A DNA stretch of 64,000 nt from Podarcis bocagei (Eukaryota), in assembly GCA_964188305.1 (NCBI GenBank), contig OZ076888.1, one strand, 5' to 3'. Position 1 is the first letter of the stretch. Each line of letters opens with the position of its first letter. Positions 34,908 through 47,154 of this stretch are shown piece by piece. Below the pieces are notes generated by a model. The model did not search any database and was not told the DNA's origin. It saw only the letters and a list, made by a program, of their open reading frames with translations. The position numbers were made by a program, and so were the translations under genes.

Positions 34908-36710
34908 GGACATGCACACATAATTATCAGCTAAGAAGATAATTTCAGAGGTTGATTTCAGAGCTGGAGCATGCACAGTTAGCTTCAGCTTTCACTTTCA
35001 TCTGTTTAAGCAGATCTCCCTTTCTAGCCCCCAGTAGTGGTGAACATGTGTGCATTGGAAAGCTATTGTTTTGTTTGGCAGTCTTGGAGGGATCATACTT
35101 ATCGACAGATGAAGATTATTTTTGTGAGTTTTATTGATGAGTACATAAACTCCTGTACTTTGACAGAAGTCCACACAAACAGAACCTCAAGGCAATCTTG
35201 TGCTCAATCACATAATTAAGATTGTTTTTATTTTTTAAATGGCTTATCAATATGCATTGATTCTCTATATCTCAAGTTCTCCACATTGTGAAATATTCTC
35301 AGTGGTAGTTATATCAGGAGATACTTGCAAAACATTTGCAAATACCATGATAAAGGTTAGCAGTGGGAAATAGCTCGCCATTTCTCATTTTTCACCATTT
35401 TTACTGCGCGTCAGGTAAGGTAATAAAGACCTTTAGAAGATAATCCCCAAGGGCTTTATAATAAGTTATTAGTACCAGATGAAAAACCTTGCATAACAGC
35501 TTCTCTTATTTAAATTCAGTCCCTGTAAAAATGCCCAGAAAATATATCCATTTGACTCCAGTAACTTCTGTGCACATTCATTTCCTTCTGGGAAATGAAC
35601 AACTACACAACTGGGGTTTATTGCTGAGTGAAGAGAAGCAAAACAAGAACAACAAACAAGCATCTGAATTGCAACTCTGGAGTTGGTGATTTCAGTGGGA
35701 CTTAGTGGGTTCATAGGACTCTATTCCTCCATCACAGTGGCTTTTGCAATCAGAGCACAACTGGAGCACCTTGTTAAACTCCTAACTAGCAAGTCCTTGG
35801 TTTGAGTGAGGTTAAAGTGACACCTCAGGATAGGAAGAAGCCACTATAGCTAAACTGCACAGTAGGTTCTTCTTGATGCCCACCTATCCAATAGATAAGT
35901 CTGTCAAGTCCTCATGCTCAGGGCTGGCAGGAGACATGAGATGTAAGTAGCAGGGAAGAAAAGTGGAGGATTGTCAATTGAGTGTCAAGGTCTTCCTTGG
36001 GGAGCAGGGAGGGGTGGAGGACAAATCCAAGGATTGCAGCCAGTCCAGTCTGCCTGATCTTCTTTGGATCACTGAACATGAGGGATCAGTCCAACAGAAG
36101 CAGCCTAGGAATAGGTTGTTGATACACTGGGGGACACTGAACCTTTGCAAGGTTCTAGTAAATGTTACATCTGTTTGTTCTTGACCTTTCTGTAACTTCA
36201 GAAAATCTATTTATCTCCAAAGCATGGAACCCACAGGGATGCCACTGTGGAGTAATGATAACCAACCAACCCATCCATGGTGAAAAAATCTGGAGGCTAT
36301 CGAGAGCCTATTAAGATTGTTTTCTGAACTATTGAAAGAAGCTGCTTTCATCTTTCAAGACTCAGACAACAATTATAATGTATTCATTTTATTTTCTCAT
36401 TTGCAAGTGAGAAATGAATGGGTAATTTGAGATTTCAAAGAATTATGTTTTACCACACTTTCACTTAAAACAATTAGTTACAAAGGAATAAACTAAACAG
36501 AGCAAATAAAAAATACAATTAATATCAAACTGTGACCAACAGCAGGCCTGTTGCCTATGGCAGAGACAAATAACATGTGATTGGATGGAAGCAGACCAAC
36601 CCAGATCATAATTCCCACATTCTGTCTGCTAAATAAATGAGTTTGTCATCAGTAGCACCAGCTGCTTCCTCGTGGCTTTGTTTCTGTTCTCTGGCTCAAT
36701 ACTCCAGACT

Positions 36711-37145
36711 CAGGGCCGGATTTAGGTTTGATGAGGCCCTAAGCTTAAGCTACTGAAGGTAATGGGGCCCTTTATATGTCCAGCTGTCCTTTGTCAACAA
36801 CAATTTGCCACTGTTTTATGTGTTGAATATATGCTATATGGTAATTTATGGACCTAATAGGTATCTAAAGTCATTTGCACATGTTGCCATGCAACCAGTC
36901 CATGCAGAATATAGGCACCCTATATATAGAAATGGGCAAACCAGTGATATTTTAGGGGGCAGGCTAGCAGGCGGGGCCCATTACTTACATCATAGGAGCC
37001 TACACAACACAAAACACTGTTGCTGTATGTAGGTTTAATTTTATTTGTTTTTTATCTTATATTTTGGAAATGTACACCCAGTTTTTCCCCTTTAATCCCC
37101 CCCCCCCGAGAGTGGGGCCCTAAGCTATAGCTTGTTTAGCTTATA
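36711..37145. mobile_element. Non-autonomous hAT-like element, right TIR missing
   Basis: Left end cagggccggattt resembles 7683; ggccctaagct subterminal repeats at both ends. Confidence 0.6.
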
Positions 37146-37239
37146 TTTGTTTAGCAGGGAGAGGCTGTATATCAGATCAATAGGGTGTTGTTATTGTTGT
37201 TGGAAAAGTGACTAAAAGCAGTGTGTTATGGTTCAGTGA

Positions 37240-37362
37240 TAGAAACATAGAATTGTAGAGTTGGAAGAGACCATGAGTATCATTTAGCCTAACTTCAGGG
37301 CAGGAATCTTTTGCCCAACATGGGACTCGGACCCACAACCCTGAGATTAAGAGTCTCACGCG
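37240..37362 (-). mobile_element. tRNA-Lys-derived SINE with CR1 tail (5' end lost)
   Basis: gcccaacatgggactcggacccacaaccctgagattaagagtctca is the reverse complement of a tRNA-Lys 3' half; same family as 27011-27155. Confidence 0.8.
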
Positions 37363-38702
37363 ATGCATACAATTCCTAGAAACATAATATTTTACAACAA
37401 GGGAAATATGCAGATACATACAGTGGCTGTAGAGGCGGCGGCAGTGGCTTGTTCCGCGGGAGTTACAGTCCCAAGCAAGTGAGGCAGAGCTTTTCAGTAA
37501 GCAAATCAATTTAGTGGTGCCAAGAAACCGGGGGCCTTTGCATTGCCATGGCTGGTTCCAAAGCTCCACGATACCTTTTCTATTCAGTTATGAGCTGTGG
37601 CAGTGAACTGGCACCAAGATCTCTGAGGCCTATCGTAGGACATGCACGATAGGAGGGAAAAAAACCTTTTAGTGTGTGTTTGCAGGCTCTGGGGTGTATA
37701 AAAAGCCCCACAAGCCTTCATTGACATTGAAATGGGCGATGCAGCCCCTGCTTACACAGAGCCCTATGTGCACAGTGGAGCCCAGAGATGTCTGGATTGC
37801 AACATAAAAACCCCTAGTGTTCCTTTCTATTCTAAAATCATTCCTTTTCACAGATTATCATATCTTTTTGACATCATGTGCCATTTCCATTACTAATGTG
37901 CCTGAAGGCATCCCAATCTGGTGATTAAAACATTAGGGATGAAATGCATTTCAATTGTCACATCTGATTCTAATTTGTTGTATAGCCGTATATTTCCCAA
38001 AATGTGATAAAGTGAATGCTCTACATTAAGTCACGATTCATTGCTCTTTGCTGTTATTTATTCTTGATGCAAAAAGAAGGTTAGAGGCCATTACTGTTAT
38101 CTGAAGGGACTCCCCTTCGAAACTGCCCGTTCCATTTTATCCAGGAAAGAATGCATTATTTGGCCAGAGATTTCAGTCCAAGTCTCATCCCTGCTAGATA
38201 AATGTTATTCGCGCTCAAATCTCCCTGTGGCAGCAACAGCTTTTGCTTGGATTGAAGATGCCTTTCCCAGGCACTGAAAAGTTCTACTGGCTCTGCTCTT
38301 TTGTTTTTCTTGGCTATATTCCATGATATTGAGTGAGCACTGTGCATTGTCTTATGAAAAAAAAAAATTGAATTAGGTAGAAATGTAACCATCCCTAGAA
38401 AGTCTTAATATTGTCATTGTTATTAAAAAAGAAAGTTGCTTCACTTAAAGGGACTGATAGGACTACTAAAACAAAATGTAAAGAACCAAGTGAAATTCTG
38501 TGCTGGGAATGAGAATGAATCTCGGTTTCACAACATTAACATATGAATAGTCATATTAGGTAAGACAAATTGAGCTTCTAATGGATTCTGTCTCAAACAG
38601 AGTCCATAACCAAAAATAAATTACTCTAAACTTAAGCAAGCAACCACAACAGTGCATTATCCTTTATCTTCCTGGTGGTGATGCCATGAATTTCCCTATT
38701 TA

Positions 38703-39018
38703 CAGTGGTGCCTCGCAAGACGAAAAGAATCCGTTCTGTGATTCTCTTCGTCTAGCGGTTTTTTCGTCTTGCGAAGCAAGCCCATTGACGGATTAGCGCT
38801 ATTAGCGGCTTTTAGCGGCTTATCGGCTTATCGGATCAGCTGATAAGCGGCTTAGCGGCTTAGAAAAGGGGGGGGACCCGCAGGAACCCGCAAGACATTT
38901 TCGTCTCGCGAAGCAAGCCCATAGGAGATTCGTTTTGCGAAGCACCTCCAAAACAGAAAACTCTTTCGTCTAGTGAGTTTTCTGTCTTGCGAGGCATTCG
39001 TCTTGCGGGGCACCACTG
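38703..39018. mobile_element. Tigger/pogo-like MITE, family B
   Basis: TA TSD; TIR cagtggtgcctcgcaagacgaa/ttcgtcttgcggggcaccactg; opposite orientation to the copy at 20916. Confidence 0.92.
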
Positions 39019-39885
39019 TATTTTTATAAACGTCTTACACTACCGAAATTTAGCTTCTGCAGAATTTCCTGTTGCTTATACCCAGAAAGTGTGGGATTTC
39101 ATTGTGCATTGTGGGGACATGATGATTTCCATGATGATTTATTTCATGATAAATGTGCTGTGTCCTGGCATGGCTTGGACACAGAAGCTTGGATGCTGCA
39201 GTGGTGTGCAAGTCACATTGGTGGTGCAGTGCCACACAGGGTCATATAATAATTTTCAAGAACTACAGTCACGTCATTAGAGCTAAGCCGCAAAAATATC
39301 TCCAGTTTCAATTCTAGTTGTGCTACATGTGGAGAAGAATTCTGGAAATGGGTGAGCATGGAAACAAACTTCCCCAGTTTTTAAAATCTCCATGCCGTTA
39401 AGAATTGAGCCCACCCCTCTCTAAATTTGCAGACACTAGCAGTGACTTGATACCACCCTTCTCATTTGTAGGTTTCCTTCCTACTCCCTTTCCAGAACTT
39501 TCACATACGGTTTGTAAAGCTATGAGGGCAGGGGAGGAAACAGTAGCTGAGGTTAAAACCATAGTCCTCAGGCCATGTAGCAAACAAATCCTACCTATGT
39601 TTACTTAGTTACGAGGCATTAAACCTTTGTCCCTGGTGTATACTTCTATTGCAAGTTGGGACTTCCTCTGACGGAATGATCCTCAACACACACACAAACA
39701 AGCACACTGCACAGAAGATGAAATGCCATGAAACAAATGTAACAAATGGAGCTAAAAGGTGAAAAATTAAACATAAAGAGGTACTAAATAATTACCTCAT
39801 GCTAGCTTTGTAGATGGCTGATGAGGAGGCAGAAATAAGGATAACCAGATGGTACTAACAAAACAGTAAAGCTGCAATAAAATGT

Positions 39886-39886
<1 letters not shown>

Positions 39887-39943
<57 letters not shown>
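39887..39943. repeat. (GT)n(GA)n compound microsatellite
   Basis: Seen directly. Confidence 0.95.
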
Positions 39944-39944
<1 letters not shown>

Positions 39945-41283
39945 AAGTGTGAATGTTAAGTGCCCTTAAGACAAACAGTTGATTATATAGAGTTTTCCAT
40001 AATCTGCATAAACTAGATATTTTTTTCAAGTACTGTGATCAATTTTAGAATTACTGACACATTCGTGTTAAAAATCACCACAAAAGTGAAACTGGTTTAA
40101 TTAAAACACTGTCTATACAGTATACTAAAAGCTTTCTGTTTTAGAAATCTATGAATATTTCATGGTGATTATTTTTGAAATTGAGCCCCTCCAGTTATAT
40201 AAAGCTTTTCTGCACATAAAATACATTGCAGTCTCACATTTAAAACTAGAGCATGCATAGATCTACCTTCCCATCCAGAACAATTAACTTTTGCACCTTT
40301 GCAGAATTTTAAATACAAGAGGAACCAGACTTCCTTACTGATATGAACCCTTTTAGTTCAATACATTTTAAAATTGTCTTCCAACTAATTAGCTGAATAA
40401 TGTCACAGGAATTTCTACAATGTTATTCTGAGGGAATTTAATAAAGGTTGACAGTGAGGAGGACTTTTTAAATAAAGTATTGATCTTGCTCAACTGCAAA
40501 CATTGACTAAAGACTCAGGGACTTCACCAAGTAGATTGGATTGCAAACATTCTCCTATCCCATTAAACACTTTTTTATTGGAATTCTTGTCGAAAGATAA
40601 TATTGGAAAGCTTCCCAACAAGTTTTTAAGACATCTCTGCATTAATAGCTATTAATCATTGAGCTGATGGTGTATATATATATGAACTTTCTTTTCCAGA
40701 CTCAGCTCTTTCTAGTAGCTTTTTAAAGTTTTCATTTCGCTGAACTACTTTTCCAGCATTCTTTGTGATTTTACCATGACTTTTCAGCCATATCTAGCTA
40801 GCCACAGAACAGGGCTTTGCAAGCAGTGGTAAATTACTTTCTTGTTAACAAGTGCAGCTGATCTGCAAGTAAGCTCTGAGCACTGAACCTGCACATGCTT
40901 ACTCAGAAGTAAGGCCCAGTGAGTTCAATAGGGCTTTGCGGGCCCATGTGCAGCATGCCCCACCCCCACCCCCAGGGGCAGAAGAATGTGGAACAAAAGG
41001 ACAGAACAACTTTTTGGAATTGAAAATTGGCCTCCACTTTATTGATTACAGATGAAGGTAGGCTTTGGCTTAGCTATCACCTGATGGCTAAAGATTGAAC
41101 ACGATCATGCCTGGTTATGGGATACCTCAAGGTGCATGTCAGGCAAGCAGGCCCTCCCCTGGCCTCCACTGGAAGTACTGTGGCCCTTCCATTTTCAATA
41201 TAGCTTTAAGCCAGAAACATCCACTGAGACCCAATTACCACGGTACCCTGAGATGTTGCACCAAGTCATCCCATGATCTAGAG

Positions 41284-41533
41284 CAGGGGTGGCCAACACC
41301 CAAGAGACTTCAATCTACTCACAAGTTAAAAACTGGCAGTGATCTACCCCCTTTTGGGGGGTTCAGGTCAAAGTTGTTGAGCTTTCTTTAGGGAGGAAGG
41401 CCCATTTCTTGGGGGGTGCAGGGCTAAAATGTTGAACTTTTTTTTAGGGGAGCCAAAGTCTTTGAGCTTCTTTGGGGGGAGCCAGTGATCTGCCAGTGAT
41501 CTACCACAGTCGTCTAGTCATCTACCGTGCCTG
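41284..41533. mobile_element. Degenerate non-autonomous hAT element
   Basis: Left TIR caggggtggccaac; ends in cctg; TSD-like atctagag/atctaaaa; three internal ~45-bp repeats (ttgagctt...ggggag). Confidence 0.6.
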
Positions 41534-41596
41534 ATCTAAAAATTCCTGTGAATTCATATACAGGGTGGCATTTAAAGTATGATGATAGATCGATCA

Positions 41597-41634
41597 ATAG
41601 ATAGATAGATAGATAGATAGACAGATAGATAGAT
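41597..41634. repeat. (GATA)n microsatellite
   Basis: Seen directly. Confidence 0.9.
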
Positions 41635-42177
41635 AAGACTTTTCCTTAATGGATCTATGAGCAGGAATGTACTGATATGGATGACTATCAAAAAGCTAAT
41701 AGGTCCGGATGTATTTTGTTGCTTCCAGATGTAAACCCATGAATGAAACAGCATTTATATTGCAACTGAGCCTCAAAAGCAATTTACTTGAACCAGGAGC
41801 AGCTATTTCTGCTGGTAAAGATAGGCATTGATTTCAGTGGGACAATGTTTGCAGCCTAAATGTTTATGCCTTCAATTCACAGTATTCTTGAACATGCCTG
41901 TTCAAGAATAGCAGGAGTTGAAACCACCAGCTTTTAGGCTGCAATCAGATTCTCACTGAAACCAATACAAACCTCCATTGATTTGTAGCTAGATCTCGCT
42001 CTTAGTTTCTGAGCCCTTTACAACAACAGTATATCAGATTGCATATAAACTTTTGTTTTTTCAACAGGGCAGGAAGAGAGTGACCAGAAAGTGGGGGATA
42101 TTGATATCAGTCGCATGACATGGTCATATCACTTCCTCTTGAGATATAGGCTTTTCATCACCTTCCCCCCTCTAATA

Positions 42178-42662
42178 CAGTGTTTCCCAACCACTGTGCC
42201 GCGGCACACTAGTGTGCCGCGAGATGTTGCCTGGTGTGCCGCGAGATGTTGCCTGGAGGGAGGCGGGCGAGTCGGGTGGCGAGAGGCGGGGCGGCGGCGG
42301 CGAGGAGAGGCCGCCCAGCGCGGGGCTCTCGCCGTCTGCCTGCCTGGCTGCCTGCAAGCTCGGCGGGCAGCGCCTCCGTCCGCAGCGCCCGCCTCGCGGC
42401 TCTCATTCCCTGCCCCTGCCAAAGCTCACCCAGCCAAGCCGCGCTCTCCTTCCTGCCTCGCTTTGCTGCCTCCTCCCCCCCCACCCCCAAAGCTTGGAGG
42501 TTCCCCGGCAAGGGGGAGGAAAAAAATTGAAACTTACACTTTCGTGCGTCCCTCCCGGCGAGACGCTGCACGCTGACGTCACGGGGCTGTAATGGTGGTG
42601 TGCCTTGAGATTTTTTTCATCAAACAAGTGTGCCTTTGCCCAAAAAAGGTTGGGAAACACTG
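42178..42662. mobile_element. Young non-autonomous hAT (Charlie-like) element, CpG-rich
   Basis: Perfect 15-bp TIR cagtgtttcccaacc/ggttgggaaacactg; perfect 8-bp TSD ctctaata (42170-42177, 42663-42670). Confidence 0.95.
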
Positions 42663-42898
42663 CTCTAATACAGTGGAACCTTGGGTTACGTACCATCCTC
42701 CTTACGAACGCTTCAGGTAACGAGCTCTGCTAACCCGGAAGTAGGTCTCCTGGTAGCGAACTTTGCCCCAGGATGCAAGCGGAAGTCACGTGCCGGCGGT
42801 GCGGTAGCAGCGGGAGGCCCCATTAGTGAAAGCGTGCCTCAGGTTAAGAATGGTTCGGGTTAAGAATGGACCTCCGGAACGAATTAAGTTCATAATTG

Positions 42899-44740
42899 TT
42901 TTTTTTTTTAAAAAAAAATTATTAAGTTTTCTGCTTTTATAGAAACAAAACACACACAAAGAAAAAACACAAGACAAAAACATGTATAAAATCAGCAAAT
43001 CCCCGTTTCATAACCTTGTTCCCTGACTTCCCCCCACCCCCCCCCCTCGTGCATCCCAGTTCCCAAGATTATATCAGCAAGTTGGTATTTCTCCTCTTAA
43101 CCATCTTATTCATCTTATTGCCTCTTTTATAATAAAAAATTGATTTTCCTAAGTTGGACTTAAGTTCTCTTCCATCGATTTTTCATTTTATCTTAATTAA
43201 TAGTCATATTAACCAAACCTAAAAGTCTTAAGAGTTTTTAAGAATCTCCTCTTCCCTCCCTCCCATCCCCGGTTTTTGTCCCTTCCCAATAGAAATCCAA
43301 AGTCGAGATTCTCAGCCTGGGTTCCTCACGTCCGAGGCTTTCAAGTCTCTTTCAGTCCCTCTCCGCCTGTCTTGTTGGTAGTCCTTTATGTCAGTCGTCG
43401 AGTCTGGAAAAAGTTCTTTCACCATCAAAGTATATTCTCTTCCCACAAGGAGATTTGAAAGTAACTGCTGAAAAATTTCCACAAAGCCTGTGTCTTCAGA
43501 ATCAAAGTCCAAACGGAGGCCCCAATCATATTTCTTTATTTTAAGTTCCTGTATTCCATATTGTCCCGGGACCTCCTCCTTCTTCTTCTGTGTCTTTCGC
43601 AGACTTGTGGTAGATATGTTCCCAGAGTCTCCTTGCTTGTGTTCCACAGATGTCAGCTTTTGGTTGTTGCTTCCCAAGGTTACTTCCTCTTTTTCTTGTT
43701 GTTTAGTCTCTTCCACCTCTGTAGATATTGTTTCCCATTCAGCTGTGGATTCTTTCTCATTCAGGTCCTCAATACAGAGAGCAGAGTTGCCTGTTCCCAA
43801 GGTCATAGTCACAAGTTGTTTATTCATGGCCAAGCTCTGCTCTTGTAAGATTCCCACCAATTGAAACATCCTTTCGATTTCCACTAGTAACTTTCCTTCC
43901 ACAGCCATTGTATCCATTGTAGTTTCACAGAATTCCCCCTAGGGGGAATCTGGTTACTTATTAGTCTTTTCTCCAACAGTCCTTTAACTGATTATTATTA
44001 CTTTGTTTCCAACAATTTTGGCTCAATTATAACTTGTCTTAGTCCAGAGGGATCTTAGATAGCGATTTTTCCACTTTAAACCGCCCGTTTGACAGCTTTG
44101 ACAGCTGTCAAACTCCGCAGCTCTTACACAGGCACAAAGGCAGGACGTTCCCGAGCCCGGGAGGGGGGGTTATTTAAAACAAAAAGAAGGTTTCCAAAAC
44201 TCCACTCTCCAGCCCAAAATTTCCTTTAGCTAAATCTTGAAAGTTAGTGTCCTTTTTAACTCACCCCACCAAGGGTAGGCTCTCCAGCTTAGCTCTTATG
44301 TCGTTGCTTAGATCTTCTGCAAGGGGGGGGGGTGCGGACTTCCTTTTAGCACACCCCCCGGTCGTCTCCAATTCAGGGTAAATTTTTTTTAAAGTCCCAA
44401 TCCGTCTTACTCACGGGTGATTCTTTCAGTCCAAATTTTCAAGGAAGGAAGTCAGCGCTCTCTGGTCATGGCTCGCGGCTTCGCTCCACCGAGGTAGCGA
44501 TCGACTCTCAGTGCCACGCCACCCCCGTATCCTCTCCGCAGCCTTTAAAAAGGCTCTTCGTGGATCAGGGGGGGCGCTTAAGGCACCCGCCGAGTCTTCA
44601 GTCCGCAGGCTTCCGCGCCTGTGGTTTTTAAGGGTCCCCGCGTCGCCGGCGCAGCAAAGACCCGTCCTCGGTAGAGCCGATTCCCTCCGCAGCTCGGAGG
44701 GAATCCGCCATTTCCGGATCGCGTCAACCTGGAAGTCCCC
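42899..44740 (-). mobile_element. Complete non-autonomous L1-derived retroposon (HAL1-like, no ORF2)
   Basis: 18-bp TSD gaattaagttcataattg (42881-42898, 44741-44758); 5' end ggggacttccagg with CpG-rich UTR and YY1-like aaatggcgg; G-rich 3' UTR tract; poly(A) (T-run 42899-42909). Confidence 0.85.
43312..43917 (-). CDS. 201-aa ORF of the L1-derived element (ORF1-position protein; heptad-like N-terminus, charged middle)
   Basis: ATG-initiated open frame in the element's sense orientation between the 5' and 3' UTRs; no recognisable domain. Confidence 0.55.
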   Translation of the reverse strand: MDTMAVEGKLLVEIERMFQLVGILQEQSLAMNKQLVTMTLGTGNSALCIEDLNEKESTAEWETISTEVEETKQQEKEEVTLGSNNQKLTSVEHKQGDSGNISTTSLRKTQKKKEEVPGQYGIQELKIKKYDWGLRLDFDSEDTGFVEIFQQLLSNLLVGREYTLMVKELFPDSTTDIKDYQQDRRRGTERDLKASDVRNPG

Positions 44741-44929
44741 GAATTAAGTTCATAATTGGAGGTACCACTGTAGTTGGAGGACCTATTAGGATGGCCCAGC
44801 CTCAGAGGCTGGTGGATCCAATGGATTTCCGAGATGTCTCTGGGTAATTTTCCTTTTGATATGACTGGTGCTCCTGTCAAAGCCCTGGCTGAACATCTGA
44901 ATACCTCAGGTTGTAGTGCCCTCTCCCAC

Positions 44930-45360
44930 TTCATGGAGCCCATTGGCTCCCTGGTATACTCCAGAGTAAAGTGCTGGCTTTGACCTCTAAAGCCTTAAAA
45001 TTATTCAGGACTGCAATACCTCTCCCCCTATGAACTGACCCAGACCCTGTGATCATCATCTCAGGCCCATCTTTGTGTCCCTCCGCCGGAGGGTGGCAAC
45101 ACAAGAATGGGCCTTTTCTGTGGTGGCTCCCCACTTATGGAATGCTCTCCCCAGGGAGGCTTGCTTTATGCCTTCATTATGTATCTTTCAGCACCAGGCA
45201 AAAACTTTCCTCTTCTCCCAGGCCTTTGGCTAATTAAATAGTCGATTGTCTTTCAGACTTTATGTGTGGATAATTGTTTTTGTTTTGGTATGTATTTTGT
45301 GTTTTTATTTTGTAAGCTGCTCTGTGATCTTTGGATGAAGGCTGCATATAAATTTAATAA
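44930..45360 (+). mobile_element. Old L2 LINE 3' fragment
   Basis: HWLP, KVLALTSKAL, AFSVVAPHLWNALP and the tail match the L2 C-terminus. Confidence 0.8.
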
Positions 45361-45361
45361 A

Positions 45362-45493
45362 CGGCTTGGTCATGCTGGCCACATGACCCGGAAGCTGTAG
45401 GCCGGCTCCCTCGGCCAATAAAGCGAGATGAGCGCCGCAACCCCAGAGTCGGCCACGACTGAACCTAATGGTCAGGAGTCCCTTTACCTTTAC
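45362..45493 (+). mobile_element. Sauria SINE 3' half
   Basis: gtcatgctggccacatgacccggaagctg...gcgagatgagcgccgcaaccccagagtc...cctttacctttac. Confidence 0.88.
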
Positions 45494-45498
45494 TACTA

Positions 45499-45844
45499 CA
45501 GTGGTGCCTCGCAAGACGAAAAGAATCCGTTCTGTGATTCTCTTCGTCTAGCGGTTTTTTCGTCTTGCGAAGCAAGCCCATTGACGGATTAGCGCTATTA
45601 GCGCTATTAGCGGCTTTTAGCGGCTTTTAGTGACTTATCGGCTTATCAGATCAGCTGTTAAGCGGCTTAGCGGCTTAGAAAAGGGGGGGAGGAGGAAAAA
45701 ACCCAGCAGGAACTCGCAAGACATTGTCGTCTTGCGAAGCAAGCCCATAGGAAATTCGTTTTGTGAAGCAGCTCCAAAACGGAAAACTCTTTCGTCTAGC
45801 GAGTTTTCCGTCTTGCAAGGCATTCGTCTTGCGGGGCACCACTG
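45499..45844. mobile_element. Tigger/pogo-like MITE, family B
   Basis: TA TSD; near-identical to 38703-39018 with a longer internal tandem. Confidence 0.92.
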
Positions 45845-46900
45845 TACTACTTTTGATATGCACAAAGTTTGAACGGGGAAAGTTTTGAATGCAAATTTAT
45901 CCAGTTCAAAAAAAAAGCAACCTCATCCCATTGCAAGGTTGGCTCAGACCACCTTGATCCCATATCCATTATTCCATAGGGTTTGCTTCTTCCTGTATGC
46001 AGCCAGAAATCTTTGCCAGTTGGCTATTCTCTTCTTAAACAGATAACCCTTAATTTTATGAAGAGAAAGAGGGTCAGAAGAGATCTTTCACAGCTCTCCT
46101 TAACTGGAAAAAGAGCTTTTGAGAATGCTGGTACCATAATTTCTTGTCAGCATGAAATTTGTTCTGCTTTCTGCTTCAATTCAGAGGACAAATGTATTCT
46201 GAATTTCCTTGCTCACCTCCAGAGTGTCATTTGCAGTAATGGAAAAAGCCAGAAACGTCTCTCTTTACCCCAGTGAGCCCTCTCGGTTGCAGTGACTCCC
46301 CTTCTCAGCAATAAGAACATTGTTCTCCCGAAGAGGTGGTGGCTAGCAAGAAAAGCTAAAACAGAATAGCAGGTAAGCTAAGAGTTCACCTTTTACTAAA
46401 GAAACACACCTTTCTGCACCTCCTTTCACCATGCCTCCATACAATCAATTTTAGTGAAGCAATGTCTACTACAAGGTGGGAACCATGGCCTTCTAGGTGT
46501 TATTGGATACCAACTCCCATCACCACTGGCCATTTACCATGTTGATGGGACTTAATCTAACCCCCTGTTCCACCATGTGTGCGGAGGGGCATTCAGATGG
46601 TGTTTGCACCATTCAACACCCCAGTAAAAGGCAAAGATAACTGTGGATAACGTGATTCAGGTACCTTAGTCATGATGCCACATTAGACCAGGCTGCGGTC
46701 TGCAATGGGGTTGTCTTGTTTTAACAAGTACTTCTTTTGCTAATGGTTTCTTCCTTGTTCCAGAACATTACTATAGGATCCATCGAGGAGAAGAGGAGGC
46801 AGCTGAGTCAGACCAGTTGCCGATTTAGACAGCCTTCTCTCTGTTTAGACTCCAGCAGCATCACACTTTTCCAGCCCTGCTGCCTCAGATCTGTTTACAC

Positions 46901-47154
46901 CAGGGGTCAGCAAACTTTTTCAGCAGGGGGCCAGTCTACTGTCCTTCAGACCTTTTGAGGGGCCGGACTGTATTTTGAAGTGGAAAAAAGAGAACAAATT
47001 CCTATGCCCCACAAATAATCCAGAGGTGCATTTTAAATAAAAGGACACATTCTACTCATGTAAAAACACGCTGATTCCCGGACCATCTGAGGAACGGATT
47101 TAGAAGGTGATTGGGCCAGATCCATTCCCCCGGGCTTTAGTTTGCCTACCCATG
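46901..47154. mobile_element. Non-autonomous hAT (Charlie group) element
   Basis: TIR caggggtcagcaaact/agtttgcctacccatg; 8-bp TSD gtttacac/gtttaaac. Confidence 0.85.

Larger units (their letters stand above)
42671..44770. mobile_element. Tigger/pogo-like MITE split by an L1-derived insert
   Basis: TA TSD; cagtggaacctt...gaggtaccactg; body 42671-42898 resembles family C and resumes at 44741. Confidence 0.88.

Noticed and set aside
39817-39850. ctgatga...gaaa hammerhead-like words (also ~61791)
   Set aside because: Stems I-III cannot form
42091-42696. Overlapping Arg/Ala/Pro-rich ORFs on both strands
   Set aside because: Artefact of the GC-rich interior of a non-autonomous hAT element
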